NCBI GenBank assembly: GCA_950097015.1
Contig: CATNEN010000038.1
Span: 21,018,001-21,082,000, forward strand
DNA length: 64,000 nt
Source: Macrostomum hystrix
Lineage: Eukaryota > Animalia > Platyhelminthes
Direction: 5' to 3'
Shown piece after piece: positions 23,900 to 36,599 of the stretch (positions are counted from its first letter, which is position 1; the number at the start of each line of letters is the position of its first letter). A program made the position numbers and the translations under genes. The notes beneath the pieces were generated by a model. That model did not search any database and was not told the DNA's origin. It was given only the letters and a program-made list of their open reading frames with translations.

Positions 23900-26800
23900 G
23901 GTTTCGCTCAGCAATTTAGCTTCGGACAGGACTGGCTTGACACAATAGCGTTTTCTGGGCTGCTGGCGACACACGGCGAATGGCTGCTCTTGAATGCGTT
24001 TTCGCCGTGTGCCTCACTATCCTCATCCTCCTGAAGTCTTCCTGCCGCTGAAGAACAAATGCCTGTCGTAGTCCGTGCTGTCGAATCGCCTTTGATATCC
24101 GTCGGCGTTGCTTAAACCTGACCTGCCGGGCACCCTTGAAGCCAAACCAGCTGCCGTTGCCTTATTTTAAAAGGGAAATTTATTGATTGTAGTTTTATTA
24201 CAGAAAAGAGCCTAAAAATTAAAGCTTACCAGTACACAGCCTTTGAAAGTGTACCAGTGCTTGTACATCCGGCCCGAGTATCAGTTTAATTCTCAACTAT
24301 TTTTGTCAGCAAAATTTAGATGGAGGAGCGTGCTCCTGCTTAAATTTAGATTTAGTTAGTACAGAAAACATAAAAATAAATTGATTTTATTCACAACTGA
24401 AATCTAGATGTATGGAGAGCCTTCCTTGCGCCAACCCCTCTCCGCACCAACCCCTCTCCGCACCAACCCTATCCGCACCAACCCCCTCCGCATCAACCCT
24501 CTCCGCAAAACCCTTGTCTGCACAAACCCCTCTTCACACCAACCCCTCTCGTACCAACCCCTCTCCTTACCAACCCCTCTCCGCACCAACCCCTCTCGTA
24601 CCAACCCTCTCCGCATCAACCCCTCTCCGCACCAACCCTATCCGCACCAACCCCCTCCGCATCAACCCCTCTCCGCAAAACCCTTGTCTGCACAAACCCC
24701 TTTTCACACCAACCCCTCTCCGCACCAACCCCTCTCCGCACCAAAACCTCTGCGCAGCGCACTAACCCCTCTCCATACAGCCCCTCTCAGGCATCATTCA
24801 TAATAGGAAAGTTAAAAGTACAAACTAAAACAACTGGACACGATGGTGTCAGCAGAAAACTGGCTCCACCAGTTGATCCGTTACAGTCGGCATCGCTGTC
24901 CAGCGAACTACGCGATAGCGGCTTCAATTGTTGGTTTCTCTGCTGTTGCAACTGAAGACTGTCCACAACAGCTTTCAAAGCATTCTCCTGCCTAGCGCCG
25001 GCGACTTCAATCAAACTGGCCAGGGAGTTAACGCTGCTCTTTAGTCGGGTCGACTCTCTAGACGCTTGGCTCTGAAGATCCGACTGGAGCTGCTGCAGCC
25101 GCTTTTCCAAGGCCTCACGTTGGCTTCTCAAATCCGACCGAATCTGTTGCAGGCGTTCGTCAATTATCGCTTCTTGACTACGAAGCCAGCCTTCTAATCT
25201 GAGCCTATGATTGGTAGAATATGGTCATATCCCCATTATTTAGTAACATCCCGCTGTAGTATGAAGGACTTCATAAGAAAACTCACTCCATAGCCGACAG
25301 CCGTAGCTTGAGGTCATTATAATCTGGCACCTTGGCGTCGGCATCGTCATTAGCTACTGTTGCTAATGATGCCTGAACACCAACACTGCTGCGTTTGTCC
25401 AGAGACTGTGTCGCCGAATTCGCTTGCCTCTTCACAGCCTGAGCTTTAGTTGGTTTAAGCGCACTCGCTTTCGACTGCTGCTGCTGCTGCTGCTGTTGCT
25501 GCTTGACCTTGCCATTAGTTAGCAATGGCATAGCAATTAATTGTCTAATCAGAAACAAAGAAATCTAAACTTATACCAAAGCGATTCTCAACCTGAGGCT
25601 TTTAAGTCTCGACCGTTTCCTGTGCGCGATATGGGTCCCGTGTCGCGTCTTATATAGCTACTGGCAGTAGTATGATTCCAAGTACAGCCTTAGCAGGGAA
25701 GTTTGCTTCACTAATTTATGGTCTTCTTCTTTTAATGGAAAAAAATGCAACAATTTTTTTTAACTTATGCTTCTCATGCATCGATAGATCGATAAACAGA
25801 AGGCTATGCTTTAGTTATATACCTTACAGTCAGATTTTAAATATATATTTGAAAAAGGTGCATAAACTACTTAGAGCAACTTAACAAAATGGCCGAAAAA
25901 ATCGTTTCAACAAAAACAGCTGTGCAGGAAAAAGTTGCTTGATGAAAAGGCTTTTAAAAGACATTTAAACACCACGAGAAACAAAAACAGAAAATAAGAA
26001 AGTCATCTAGCCTTCTAAAGACTGTACAGATGTTCAGTCCGCGGACTGGGGAGAGAAAGGGGGAGATTCGAACTCCCGACCTCTTAGTTATTAGTCCAAA
26101 CTCACAATTTTCTGAGGCCCGTATTTTAATTATGCGGCCTGTAAAAATATAAAAAATAGTTGATTACACCTGCCCCATTTTGGTCAGATGTGCAGCCGAC
26201 AGCACAGCCGCAGCTATTGCGCGGCGCATCTGCAGGCTGCGTACGGCTGTTCAGTCCATGGACTGGGAGGACGCCACACCCACCCTTACCTGTCCCACCT
26301 AATGCTAGTTCCCATTTAACAGCTGGGTGAACTGAAGTATTGCAGAGTTAAGTGTCTTGCTAAAGCTCACAAGTTATTCCAGTGGAGTCGGGAATCGAAC
26401 CACCGACCTTCAAGTCGTAAGTCCGACGCTCTAACCACTAGGCTACAGCCTCCGTTTATGCAGGCCTATATCCACTTAAACAAACTGTTGATTGTTTACA
26501 AGCGAAAAAATGTCGAATTGATTTGAAAACTAGAAAGAAACGGTTTGGTCTAAACAATTTCGATTGAATTGCTAAATTAATATTTAAAATATTCAGTGTC
26601 AAATATTTAGAAGAAAACAAGATAAAAATATTTAAGCCAATGCTATATGTTTTTTTATAACTTGATTATGAATTCTATATTGTTTCTAAAAGGCGCAGTA
26701 TATTACGAGATATACCTATGTTGTTATCAAATAGATTTCTCTTCAAAGGACCAAACATTAAATCGAATGGTTCGTAAACTCATTGCCGTTTTAACGCTGG

Positions 26801-27360
26801 CCTAGGCAATGGCTGCATCTGAATTTGAATCGGTAGCGGTGGCGGAGGCGGTGCAAGCGGCGCCAACTTCTGCTGCTGCTGCTGCTGCTGCTGCTGACCG
26901 CCGCGCACCGCCTGAGCTCGACGCCTCAAATCAGTCGCCCTAGTACCGATAGCCGAGGTGAACGCTGGTAGGCGACTCAAACTAGTATCTTCCCGGCTCA
27001 AGGAACTGCTAGTAGATTGCAAGAATAAATTGTATTGCTGCTGCTGCTGCTGCTGCTGATAATGATGATTGTGATGCTGTACTGGTCTTATATTCAGTCT
27101 GGTTGTACTGGAAATATCTGGATAGCAACTCCCAGTAGCAGCTCGCTTTAGCCGGTCAATTTCTTTCGATTGGCGATTGATTCGATCGAGCAGTCGCTCG
27201 ATAATCTGCTCGCAATCGTCTAGGCTCGGAGCGCGGGCGTCATCGTCTATGGCCGAACCTGCCGGCACAGCCTGCACCAGGCGCATAGGGTTTAGACGCA
27301 GCCGCAGACTGCCATTAGCCAGCAGAAGCAATTCTGTCGCCGGCTCCGGTTGAGTAGATC
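23900..27360 (-). CDS. Multi-exon Q-rich coiled-coil protein of unknown function (exon-like blocks ~26780-27360, ~25592-25650, ~25287-25510, ~24840-25205, ~24229-24338, ~23900-24160); 5' end not found
   Basis: GC-rich coding-like blocks with poly-Q and heptads; splice signals TTTATCAG| (27361), GTGAGT (25286), CATAG| (25206) and GTAAGC (24228). Exact structure uncertain. Confidence 0.5.
24427..24787. repeat. 16-bp minisatellite (CACCAACCCCTCTCCG)n
   Basis: Visible tandem array in an intron. Confidence 0.9.
26150..26453 (-). mobile_element. tRNA-derived SINE with CORE-like central domain
   Basis: Minus strand has an A-box (TAGCCTAGTGG) and B-box (GGTTCGATTCC), then GCAAGACACTTAACTCTG...CAGTTCACCCAGCTGTTAAATGGG, resembling the CORE/V-type SINE central domain. 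Confidence 0.75.
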
Positions 27361-28609
27361 TGATAAAAATGTTTTGCACCCTTATTTTCTGTACTTATTT
27401 ACTAAACTAACGTGTCACTGGGGTGTAACTTACCGATTCGTGTTAAGAGCGTCGGATGTTACGTCATCAGTAGCGTTTATTTGCGGAATATTGATTGGCG
27501 ATTTCGGCTGAGCTATCTGCTCTCGGCCCCTGAGACGATAATATTTATGAGTAAAGCTTTTTGTACAACAATTATGCCTATGAGATCTAACCCCTTGATT
27601 AGAAAATTTGAAAATTCCTAAGCTCAGGAGTCAGCTGAATAGGCAGAACTGCCTCCTCGCTGGATGCGGGTCTATTGTCACTAAATGGTGTGCCAGTGCC
27701 CGCAGCCCTCCGGCACCATTACGATATCACTATTGTTACTATTTCCGTGGTATAAAAGCGCAAGACCTCCGCGATTTGGAGGCCAAGTCTCTAACCACAG
27801 GGCTACGACCGACACTTAAACAGGAAATTTTACGCAATCATACCTATCAAGCAAGATCGGCAAGACACTATTTTAAACTTATTAACGTGAATAACTCGTA
27901 TGTATATTATTTGCACTGATTATTATTGACACAGTCTTCTTAAACTCAGTCCCAATAAAGGGCTACCAGTGGATCGGAGGGTGTCCAATCTTACACACAA
28001 TCACTCTCTTATTCGGAATTACTCATTACTTCATCAATTTCACTTTGCAAATCTGCAATATTTAAATCCCTTCTGGGCCTTCTGTCTTATTCGATCCAAC
28101 CTGGATATCTTATTTCAATACGAATTCTCACTTATGGCATACACTTTCCAGCTTGTAGCCTTTAGCTAAAATGATTAAGAAAAGAAAACTTTATCTGCTT
28201 GAACAGCTTGCTTTTCGCGAACTTGCGGGAGAAACGCCAGTTGGGTTTTTCGTGTCTAAAATCGCTCGTATATATTAGGTTTCTTTCGGGGTGGCGGATA
28301 TGATTTTAACAAAAACGTCAGATAAACAAAATATTTAATTCTACGGTAACGCTGCGTTTCTAGGAAATACAAAACTTTAAATGTAAAAATGCGGCATTAA
28401 TCGCAACTACAATACTACAATACTACAATTGGCTTCCCTAACTTGAAATTTATGAATACAGTGAGTAAATTTTAAGCAATAAAAGCATAACAAAACATTA
28501 AGCATTTACACAAAGAACCTGCAGAAAAGACAAAAAAACGCAGTACAACATGAATGGGAAACATAAAATTGCATGAATGCAATAAGTAAAGCACAAAGGA
28601 AAAGCGAAA

Positions 28610-29695
28610 TTAAAACATGGATCGCACTTTAAATTGAGCTGACATAGGAATAGATTGATGGCGTGGCCAACCAACTACATTGCCAGCCCATCTGACCTCA
28701 ATGTTTAAAAGTACGCGATTAAAGTCATATGGGTTACTTGTGATGGAATGCTTAGCGTATTGGATAGCATGGCAGGCTGCGATGGCATAGAGCTCGCCGA
28801 ACTCCGTATTCAATACTCGCAGGACCGGGCGGACTCTTTCACGCTGCGGAAGCGTTCTGTCCAGCCTTGCATAAGCGATTGTCAGGAGATACTTCTTGAT
28901 CAGTTGTACTAGCCGCTTGTAATGTTCCTGCCTCGCCTCGGGCAGGGTTCCGATGACGGCCGGGAAATCGCCTCCAGGCCCGTCTTCAGGTGGCTGGTCA
29001 CCAGTTACCTGAGGTTCAGGCTGCGGCGGAGCTGACACGGACGGCTGTTGTTGCTGCGGCGGCGACGGCTGCTGCTGTTGCTGCGGCGGCGGCGGCTGCT
29101 GCGGCTGCTGAGGATGCTGTTGCCCAAGCCGTTGAAACGGGGTCCGCATCTTGTGCAACGTCGGCCGCTTGGGCGGCACCACCGGCTGCTGCATCAACGG
29201 CAGCGGCTGCTGCTGCACCGGCTGTGGTGGCAGCCTCGGAGCAATAGGTCGAGGACCTGTCTTCTTGACAGGGTCGTTTTCTGACGCAGCGAGAACAATG
29301 GATGTTCTTGCGTTCGGCGGGTGACGTGCTAGAGTAGTGGCGGGTACAACCACAGCGGATGCAACTTGCGCCTTCAAGACGTTCTCGCGAGCCACTGGAT
29401 ACGCCGGGACTGGCAGTCTAGACACTGTGGGCTGCATCTTCTTAGACGGAACCGACTCGATGGTCTTAGCGGCCGGCCTCTTCACCACAGTACGTGCTTG
29501 ACCTCGGCTGCCAGCCAAGCTTGGCTCAGTGCGCTGTCGCAGTGGAGCCTCGGGCTGATCTTCCACAGGCGGTTCTGCCTTGGCGGAGATAGTCTCCGTT
29601 GGACTCGCACTCTCCGAACTCACTGACGGCAAATCGACCGTAATCGCTGCCAGGAGTTCATCAAACTCCTGATCGTTAAACTTGTCCACTTCCAT
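28610..29695 (-). CDS. Intact intronless 361-aa ORF downstream of Gypsy pol: acidic N-terminus, P/Q-rich middle, helical C-terminal domain; function unknown
   Basis: Uninterrupted ORF with ATG, same strand as pol; non-repetitive ~110-aa C-terminal domain. Confidence 0.65.
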   Translation of the reverse strand: MEVDKFNDQEFDELLAAITVDLPSVSSESASPTETISAKAEPPVEDQPEAPLRQRTEPSLAGSRGQARTVVKRPAAKTIESVPSKKMQPTVSRLPVPAYPVARENVLKAQVASAVVVPATTLARHPPNARTSIVLAASENDPVKKTGPRPIAPRLPPQPVQQQPLPLMQQPVVPPKRPTLHKMRTPFQRLGQQHPQQPQQPPPPQQQQQPSPPQQQQPSVSAPPQPEPQVTGDQPPEDGPGGDFPAVIGTLPEARQEHYKRLVQLIKKYLLTIAYARLDRTLPQRERVRPVLRVLNTEFGELYAIAACHAIQYAKHSITSNPYDFNRVLLNIEVRWAGNVVGWPRHQSIPMSAQFKVRSMF

Positions 29696-29771
29696 GTCAC
29701 GGAAAATTGCTTATACAATCTCAGAACGAGTGTCTTTAGCTCTTAATTGCTCCTTTCCTGCTCCCAAGGGG

Positions 29772-29955
29772 TCTTCTATATATAGGTGTGAAACAAGGGT
29801 CCTACCCCAAATTTTATTGGTTAACACAGATGTTTTTTACTTTTCTCGGTGACTGACCAATGCTGGCTTGACTAATTTACTCCCTCTAAAACAATTCCTA
29901 TTGGTTGGTTCAGACTCCCCTATGTCTATCATGTAGCCTTTTCTTTCTCCAATTA
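29772..29955 (-). promoter_or_regulatory. Putative internal Pol II promoter (TATA + several CCAAT boxes) for the 361-aa ORF
   Basis: TATATATAG at ~29776-29784, ~80 bp upstream of the ATG; CCAAT on the minus strand at ~29816-29820 and ~29900-29904, and on the plus strand at ~29857 and ~29949. Confidence 0.45.
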
Positions 29956-29974
29956 CGCAACGACTTGTTTGCTT

Positions 29975-32900
29975 TTAGAAATTTATGTTGCCAAACCACG
30001 AAATGGCTGTGGTTAGTCTTTTCAAATAATCATTAAATCTGGCTGGGGGCTTAACACATTTTCGCGTGTTGTAGGAATGCGGAGCTATCGCCTCGTCTTC
30101 ACATGCCGGGTCTAAGGCTGAGGTGATAGATTTCTCGCTAATACTCTCGGGACTTTCGCTCTCGTTCGCACTTTCGCCTTCTCCTTCTTCTTCGATGTTT
30201 TCATTGTCCGACTGACAGCTTGCATCATCCACCTCTACAATTCGGCTCCAATATCTAATAAGCTTCCTCTCATTTCATCGTCATCACTTTTACTGTCACA
30301 ATGCCACAGGAGTCTCTCCTCGTCTTCCCATTCGGAATCAGATAGATCGGTCTGCTTCTCTTCGGTTTTCCTCCTCGGGTGGCTTCCCTTAACTGATTGT
30401 CCTTCCTTCTTAGGCTGACTTTTCTTGTCTACTACCGTCTCTTTGTTCGCGGCGCTGGGGTGGCTTCCCTCAATGATTGCTTCCTTGCTAGAATTCGGCA
30501 CTAGAGTCAGATTGTCTCTATGCACTAATAGGATGTTGCCTGTTAATTCACCTCCTTCTTCCTTCTGAACTTTGAACACTACATCTGAAAATTGTTCTAA
30601 CACTCTATAAGCGGATCTCTTCTTGCGATGGAATTTATGAGATTCTTCGCTATCCAACTGCGGATTGTTAATTAAGGCTAAACTGCCTACTGGAATCTCT
30701 CTTGGCAGCTTACTGTTCTTGGCCTCTTCTTCTCGCTGAGTAACTACTTTCTCTAACTTCCTCTTGACTATTTCGCCTGCTATTCTCAATCTTTCGGCAT
30801 GATTGGCAACGTATGACGGGTAATCGGCAAAGGACTTCAATTCTTTGATCTGATTGTCAATCGGCAATACAGCCTCTCTCCCAAATAACAGGAAATGGGG
30901 ACTGTAACCAGTGGTCTTATTCACACTTGTGCGCACAGCTACCAAAGCGGCGGGAATCATCAGGTCCCAGTCATTGTGGTCCTTTTCAATCAAGCAAGTG
31001 ATGATCGATTTAATCTGCTTATTGAATCTTTCCACTAGACCGTTGCTTTAGGCATGATAGGGGGTTGTAAAAGTGTGCTTGACATTGTACAGATCGCAGA
31101 ACGCTTTAAATTGCTTGCTGGTGAAAGTTTTTCCATTATCTGTATGGATCCAATGACATTGGCCATACTCTGAAAATACTCTCTCCTGCAGTAATTTTAT
31201 TACGGTGTCTGATTTTTTGTTACGGATCGGGAAAGCGAAGGGATATTTGGTAGTGCTGTCTACTACAGTTAACACGTACCGGTGCCCTCTTCTACTCTCC
31301 TTAGATACGGGCCCAATTAGATCAATGTGAAGACGGAAAAACGGCTCATTGACTGGAAATGACTGAATTGGAGCTTGAATGTAATGACCTTTCTTACTCT
31401 CAAGGCAGGGGATACACTGGGAAATCAATCTTTCCATTGAGGTAACTAATCCAGGTCTCCAGAATCTCTGTTTCATTCGCTGAATGGTTTTGTCTCTACC
31501 CAGGTGTCCTGCTAGCGGGCTCTCATGTAGATCGCTAAATGCTAGCTTGTCCACGGACTTGGGCAAAACAATTTTCCATTCACCCTCTTCCTTGATTACT
31601 AACAACTCCTTCTCAATGCTCATGGCTTCAAATGACTTACTCAATTGCTTCAATTCGGGGCTTGCGTCATTCGGCAATGGGGGTTTGGCTAGGCCTTCGC
31701 GCTTCCATTCCATTAGGGTTTGAATCGCGGGGTCTGCACGTTGAGCTTCTAAAATTTGCTCGCGCTTAAGCGGGGTGGGCAAATAGTCTGTCAATAGCTT
31801 ATCACATCTGCTCTCTCTTAATCCTATAGCGTCTCATTCTCTTGATTAGGGTAGAATTCTTCTGCGCTCGGATTCAATTGCGAATTGCAGGAATCACATT
31901 GAACACATTGTTCTTCTCCCTTCTCAATTCCTGAAATCTGTGACTCGATCCGGCAGTTGGGATCTGGGGTCGGGATTTCTCCTTCAGTTGGGACAGTTGG
32001 CGACCGGGTCAGGCATTCAGCACTGTCCTTGGTCCTTGCCTTCTGACCAGCTTCTGCACACACGCTGTCTCTCCCTTCCGCGGACTCTCCGACTTCTTCC
32101 ATCTCTTCGGCGGGTCTTCTAGATAGACTATCGGCATTCTGGTGAGAACTGCCTTTCCGATGTTCAATGTCAAATTGAAACTCGTTTAGTCTTTCTACCC
32201 ATCTTCCTAATTAAGATGCCTTGTGCTTCTGTTTGTCTCAAAAGCCAAATGATTGCCTTATGGTCTGTTCTGGCTAAGAATTTCTTTCCTAGCAGATAGA
32301 ATCGAAAATGTTTCATGGCGTCTACCAAGGCTAACAGTTCCTTTCGTGTGATGGGGTACCTCTTTTCTGATTCTTTCATGGCACGACTAAAATACGCAAT
32401 GGGTCTTTCCACGCCATCGGATTGAATCTGGCCTAGACAGGCACCAATTCGTCCATCACTGGCATCCGTATCCAACACCATCCGTACTTTTTCATCGTCC
32501 ACAAACTCCGGGTATGCTAACACTTCTGTAGACATCATTCGGGTCTTCAAAGCCTCAAATGCCTGATCGTGCAACACGCTCCATTTCTCTCGGAAATTCT
32601 GCACATTTTTCCGGGTAAGTTGGAATAAGGGGTGTGCAACTTCGGCATAATTTTTCACAAAGCGGCTATAATAATTGCACAGACCGAGAAAGCTTCTCAA
32701 CTCTTTTACATCTTTCGGCTTCGGCCAAATTCTAATAGCTTCTATCTTGGACTCATCTGTGCGAATTCCTCCCGTACTGATCACGTGACCAAGATATTTC
32801 AATTCTCAATGGAACAAATTACACTTTTTCGGTCTTAGCTTTAGGCCTGCTGTAATCAGCCTTTGGAATACTTCCTTCAAATGTGCCAGGTGATCGGCGA

Positions 32901-33104
32901 AAGTTTTCGAGTAAGTGACAATATCGTCTATATAAGACATGGCAAACTTATGTTGGATTCCTAATAAAACTAGGTGATCATTAAACGCTGAAATGTGCCT
33001 GGAGCATTAGATAGACCTTGGGCCATTACTTCATATTCAAATTAGCCTCTAGTTAGAGTGGAAAATGCGGTCATAAATTTATGCTCTTCCTTAATGGGTA
33101 CTTG
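29975..33104 (-). pseudogene. pol: Gypsy/Ty3 LTR-retrotransposon pol remnant (partial RT, RNase H, integrase)
   Basis: RT motifs TAFST, QGLSNAPGTFQR, YIDD, YLGH and LRSFLGLCNYY; RNase H LDTDAS, ITRKELLA and RTDH; integrase HHCC (HESPLAGH...CIPC) and DDE (HIDL, HTDNG, VERFN); RT-RH-IN order; several stops and frameshifts; 5' part of RT lost at ~33104. Confidence 0.93.
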
Positions 33105-34528
33105 CGGGGTGAACAACCCGTCAGGGTTGCCATGGCAACGGAAAACTGCCATTTTTTGGAAATCGATTTTACGCAAACTCATTTCCAGCGCACATTTTTT
33201 CTGGCACGGAGAAAAGTTGAGACACAAAAGTAGTGGGCAGGCCTGGCCCAGGCGAGGCAGGAAAGCGATTTTTCAATTTCCTCATAGTCTATGGTAAAAG
33301 TGCAAAAAAACATACTTTTTGGTACTGCTTTTTTGGGTTACATTTTCCAGCGCAGCTCCCCAAGGGCTGAATCGATTGTCACGCGGGTGGTGCCGTTTTT
33401 TTCTACTCGCGGTGAGTTCTTTCCAGCGAGGTGTGACTCAACGGACTGCGAGTGTACCGCGCGCCTGATATCTGATGTACCGTGCTGCACGATACTGCAG
33501 CTGAATGGCAGGTAGTTGCACTGCGCAAGTGGTGTCAAAAATTCGGCACGGATGCCTGCTACACGACGCTATGCAAGGCGACTCTATGCGATGCACGGTT
33601 ATCAAGCAGTACTTGGAAATGCAGTGCAAAACGTGCATCATGCATCATGCAAGCCGACTATATCTATAAAGCTATGATATAAATATATAAACATATTCTG
33701 ATTTCTACATGTTTGTATCATATAAATAAAGTGTTCAACTGTTTGCCTCAATGTTTTAACTTTTCATAGTAATGTATGTTTCCAATTATTATTTTCTGCA
33801 TCTTAATGTTCTTTGATTTCTGCTTCTGCTTCTTTGACTGTTTAATGTGTTTGTCTGTGTGTTTTGTATTTTGCTGGAGCATTGCATTTATGTTGCAACT
33901 TGCCTTTGCAACTTGCAACAGGCATATAGTCGAGTTTATTTATTCAGAAGTAGCCTCTGGAGACTTCCTCGCAGTTTTCGGCGCACGTAAATTGCAGCTT
34001 CTCCTAGCTAACCCATCTAGTGATTATCGAGTTATCCAAAGGCCGACTGCAGTCGTCAATCAGGCGCACACGGTCACCATCTATGGGCAGGGCTCCAAGG
34101 GCACTAGCACTGCCACTCGCGACTCTCGCCCACACTTTCTTAATCTGCTTTCGACTGAGATCGATTGCTGGCTCCCTGATACTCGTAACACTTGACCAAA
34201 CAACTCACTATGGTTAGTTGAGGGAGCCAGATGCCGCTGCAATAGGTCTAACTCTGCCTGCAGCTCGCTATTTAAACAAAAAATAGCGGTCCGAGCCATG
34301 AGGGCTACAAGCTACAAGCTACACGTAAGACTCACAAGCTGATGGTCTGGGTTTGGACATGCTTAAAGGAGTCAAAGTCCAAAAAGTTTTTTTTAATCAG
34401 CAAAAAGATTTTTACATTAAATATTTTTTTTGCCTGTAACAACCTGGTGCAAACAATAAACCATTTTATAGAAACGTGTTGTGGACCAAAAGTTGTCGAA
34501 TATACCACTATTTATATTGAGAAGGCTT

Positions 34529-35500
34529 TCACGCGACCAAGGTGAAGAAGCCCCGTATCTCACTCTCAGACATGGAGCTGTTGCTGATAGCAATGGCCCT
34601 GACAGTTCCCTTAAACATTCGAGGGTCGTCAACTCGTTTGCCGAATCGGAAGCAGAGCTGGGGCATCAGGCTGTAGTCAAAATTAGTTGAAAGCTGCAGA
34701 CTACCAGATGACAAGAACGAGTTTCCAACAAATATTCCAAACACGTCAGCAGATGACGTGGACGTGAAGCCAATGTTCACCCACTCGCTGGCATTCTGTG
34801 TCAAGGGCGCCGTTGTCGTCTGATATATCCTTGGGGCTGCACTAGCCTGTGTTTTAAAGACTAGGAATAGCTTGGAAACAGCATCGTACTCCCAGAACTG
34901 GTCGTACTTAGGACCTGTTAAAAAGTTTGAACAATCGTACGACTCAAGAAGTGCCTGCACCTGAGGCGTTCTCTTCATCCGCAGCAGCACGGTGACGCCG
35001 GAGCCGAACGCGATGTCGCTCTTGTTCAGCGCCAGGTACGAGCTGCTCCCATCGAACGCGGCGCCGTCCTCCGTCCACTGGACGCCGATCGGATAGAAGC
35101 GGTTCGTCTCTTCGTCAGCCTGGCACAGCACATTCTCTAATCTGGTCATGTCGTCTCCGAGCCACACATTTGTGAGCTTCGAGCTGAGCTTGCTCGGATA
35201 GCTGATGCGGAATCGGATGAGCACTCGGCAGTCGCTGGTCACACCGGAGAGAAGCTGGCGACACACGGACTGGTAGCGGAAGAGATCGCACTGGAGAGAG
35301 GCCGCTCTGAACTGGGCAATCAGAATGCCAGACGGGAATGCATCAGAGGCCAGCATTGAGCAGTGCTGCTCAGTGAATGCTCTGTTGCTGTGGACTGGGG
35401 TGGCATTGGTCAAGCACTGCACCTGCATTTGAGTCCAGGTGTCTCCGGACCGGCACAGGCAGATAGTCAGCGAGCTCAGCAGCTGCATCAGTGCTGCCAT
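34529..35500 (-). CDS. Secreted LamG/concanavalin-A-like (pentraxin-like) lectin-fold protein, paralogue A (~323 aa)
   Basis: Signal peptide; AAFDGSSSYL, VTVLLRMK, WVNIGFT and FGKR...FKGTVRAIAISNSSMSESEI match the LamG_3 pattern; intronless ORF. Confidence 0.75.
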   Translation of the reverse strand: MAALMQLLSSLTICLCRSGDTWTQMQVQCLTNATPVHSNRAFTEQHCSMLASDAFPSGILIAQFRAASLQCDLFRYQSVCRQLLSGVTSDCRVLIRFRISYPSKLSSKLTNVWLGDDMTRLENVLCQADEETNRFYPIGVQWTEDGAAFDGSSSYLALNKSDIAFGSGVTVLLRMKRTPQVQALLESYDCSNFLTGPKYDQFWEYDAVSKLFLVFKTQASAAPRIYQTTTAPLTQNASEWVNIGFTSTSSADVFGIFVGNSFLSSGSLQLSTNFDYSLMPQLCFRFGKRVDDPRMFKGTVRAIAISNSSMSESEIRGFFTLVA

Positions 35501-36599
35501 AAACGCTATCACTGAAAATAACAGCGGAAAAATAACTTGAAGCTCATTTCTAATAATATAAATAGTAATGACTTTATAAGTGTCTTTGTCTTATTTATCT
35601 ATTTTTACTTTACGGTTGCTATATATTTCTATGTATATAGACAAACGTATAAACTTCGGTTATTTTAGTATCGATTTTTTAGCATCGAATGAGTTGGATT
35701 GCAAATTTAGTTTTTCATTGCTTACCCACTTTCATGCTGAAAAGATTAGTTCTTGAGTTTTTTTTACTATTTGAAACAGGAAAAGGTTTAGCTTCTGACG
35801 CTTTTTGTTTTCTCTTCTCCCTTGAAGTGATGAGAGGCTTGCCATGGTAACATCATATGCTGGGCCTTTATTTATCTTCAGCCTCTCTCCTTATGCAAAC
35901 GGCTTACAATTGGTTGGGAGTTTTGTGTCCATCAGGTAAGGTTTGTGGGGTAGGAACAATAGAAGCACTGCCATTGTTTTTTAGAGGGAACGCGCCTAAA
36001 GAATAGTTTGTATTGCTTTTGCGTGGTATGATAATATAGAGACTGTTAAAAATAGTGGGATCTCTCGGTATGAAATGGGGTGAAGGATAGGATTGGGCGT
36101 AGGTTTTGGCCTGGGCATGTTTGGGGTCCGGGGTGCTGTCGTGTAGGTGTGTGTGGGCAGAGATGGGGTTACCCATATCAACCGGGGCTCAAAATACGGT
36201 ATATGGCGGTGGAGGGAACTACTTTTCTGCTAACTTGCTAACTGTAACTCTACTTTGGCGATGATCCACTCACGAAGAAATTCAGATAATTGCACCTGAA
36301 TTTGCGTTGCTAGCTAGTGTTTTATGGTCATAAAACAATTTCATATCGCAGTCTTATATTTTTATCCGGATATAGTAATGAATTATTAATTGACGCTTAT
36401 AAAGTGACAGAGTATTGGCAGCCAGATAGTCATCCATTTCCGTTTTTAGACGATAAGGTAAAATTGAAAAGCTAGCAGATGAAAGCGAAGCAACTTATTT
36501 TTTATACGAGCAAGGCCCTGGCAACAAAATAACAATACTTTTGCATTCATTACCTATACCTATTAACTACCTATTATTTTGTATTTTTTGTAATATTTT

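Noticed and set aside
26382-26453. Functional tRNA gene
   Set aside because: A and B boxes are present, but the acceptor stem is imperfect and the sequence runs into a SINE core with no Pol III terminator.
27412-28600. 3' LTR of the Gypsy element
   Set aside because: No convincing polypurine tract plus TG...CA pair or second copy was found, so the element's 3' boundary and the inclusion of the 361-aa ORF remain unproven.
33105-34330. Possible gene or element truncating the Gypsy RT
   Set aside because: Only short ORFs without recognisable motifs, and no TIR/TSD pair identified.
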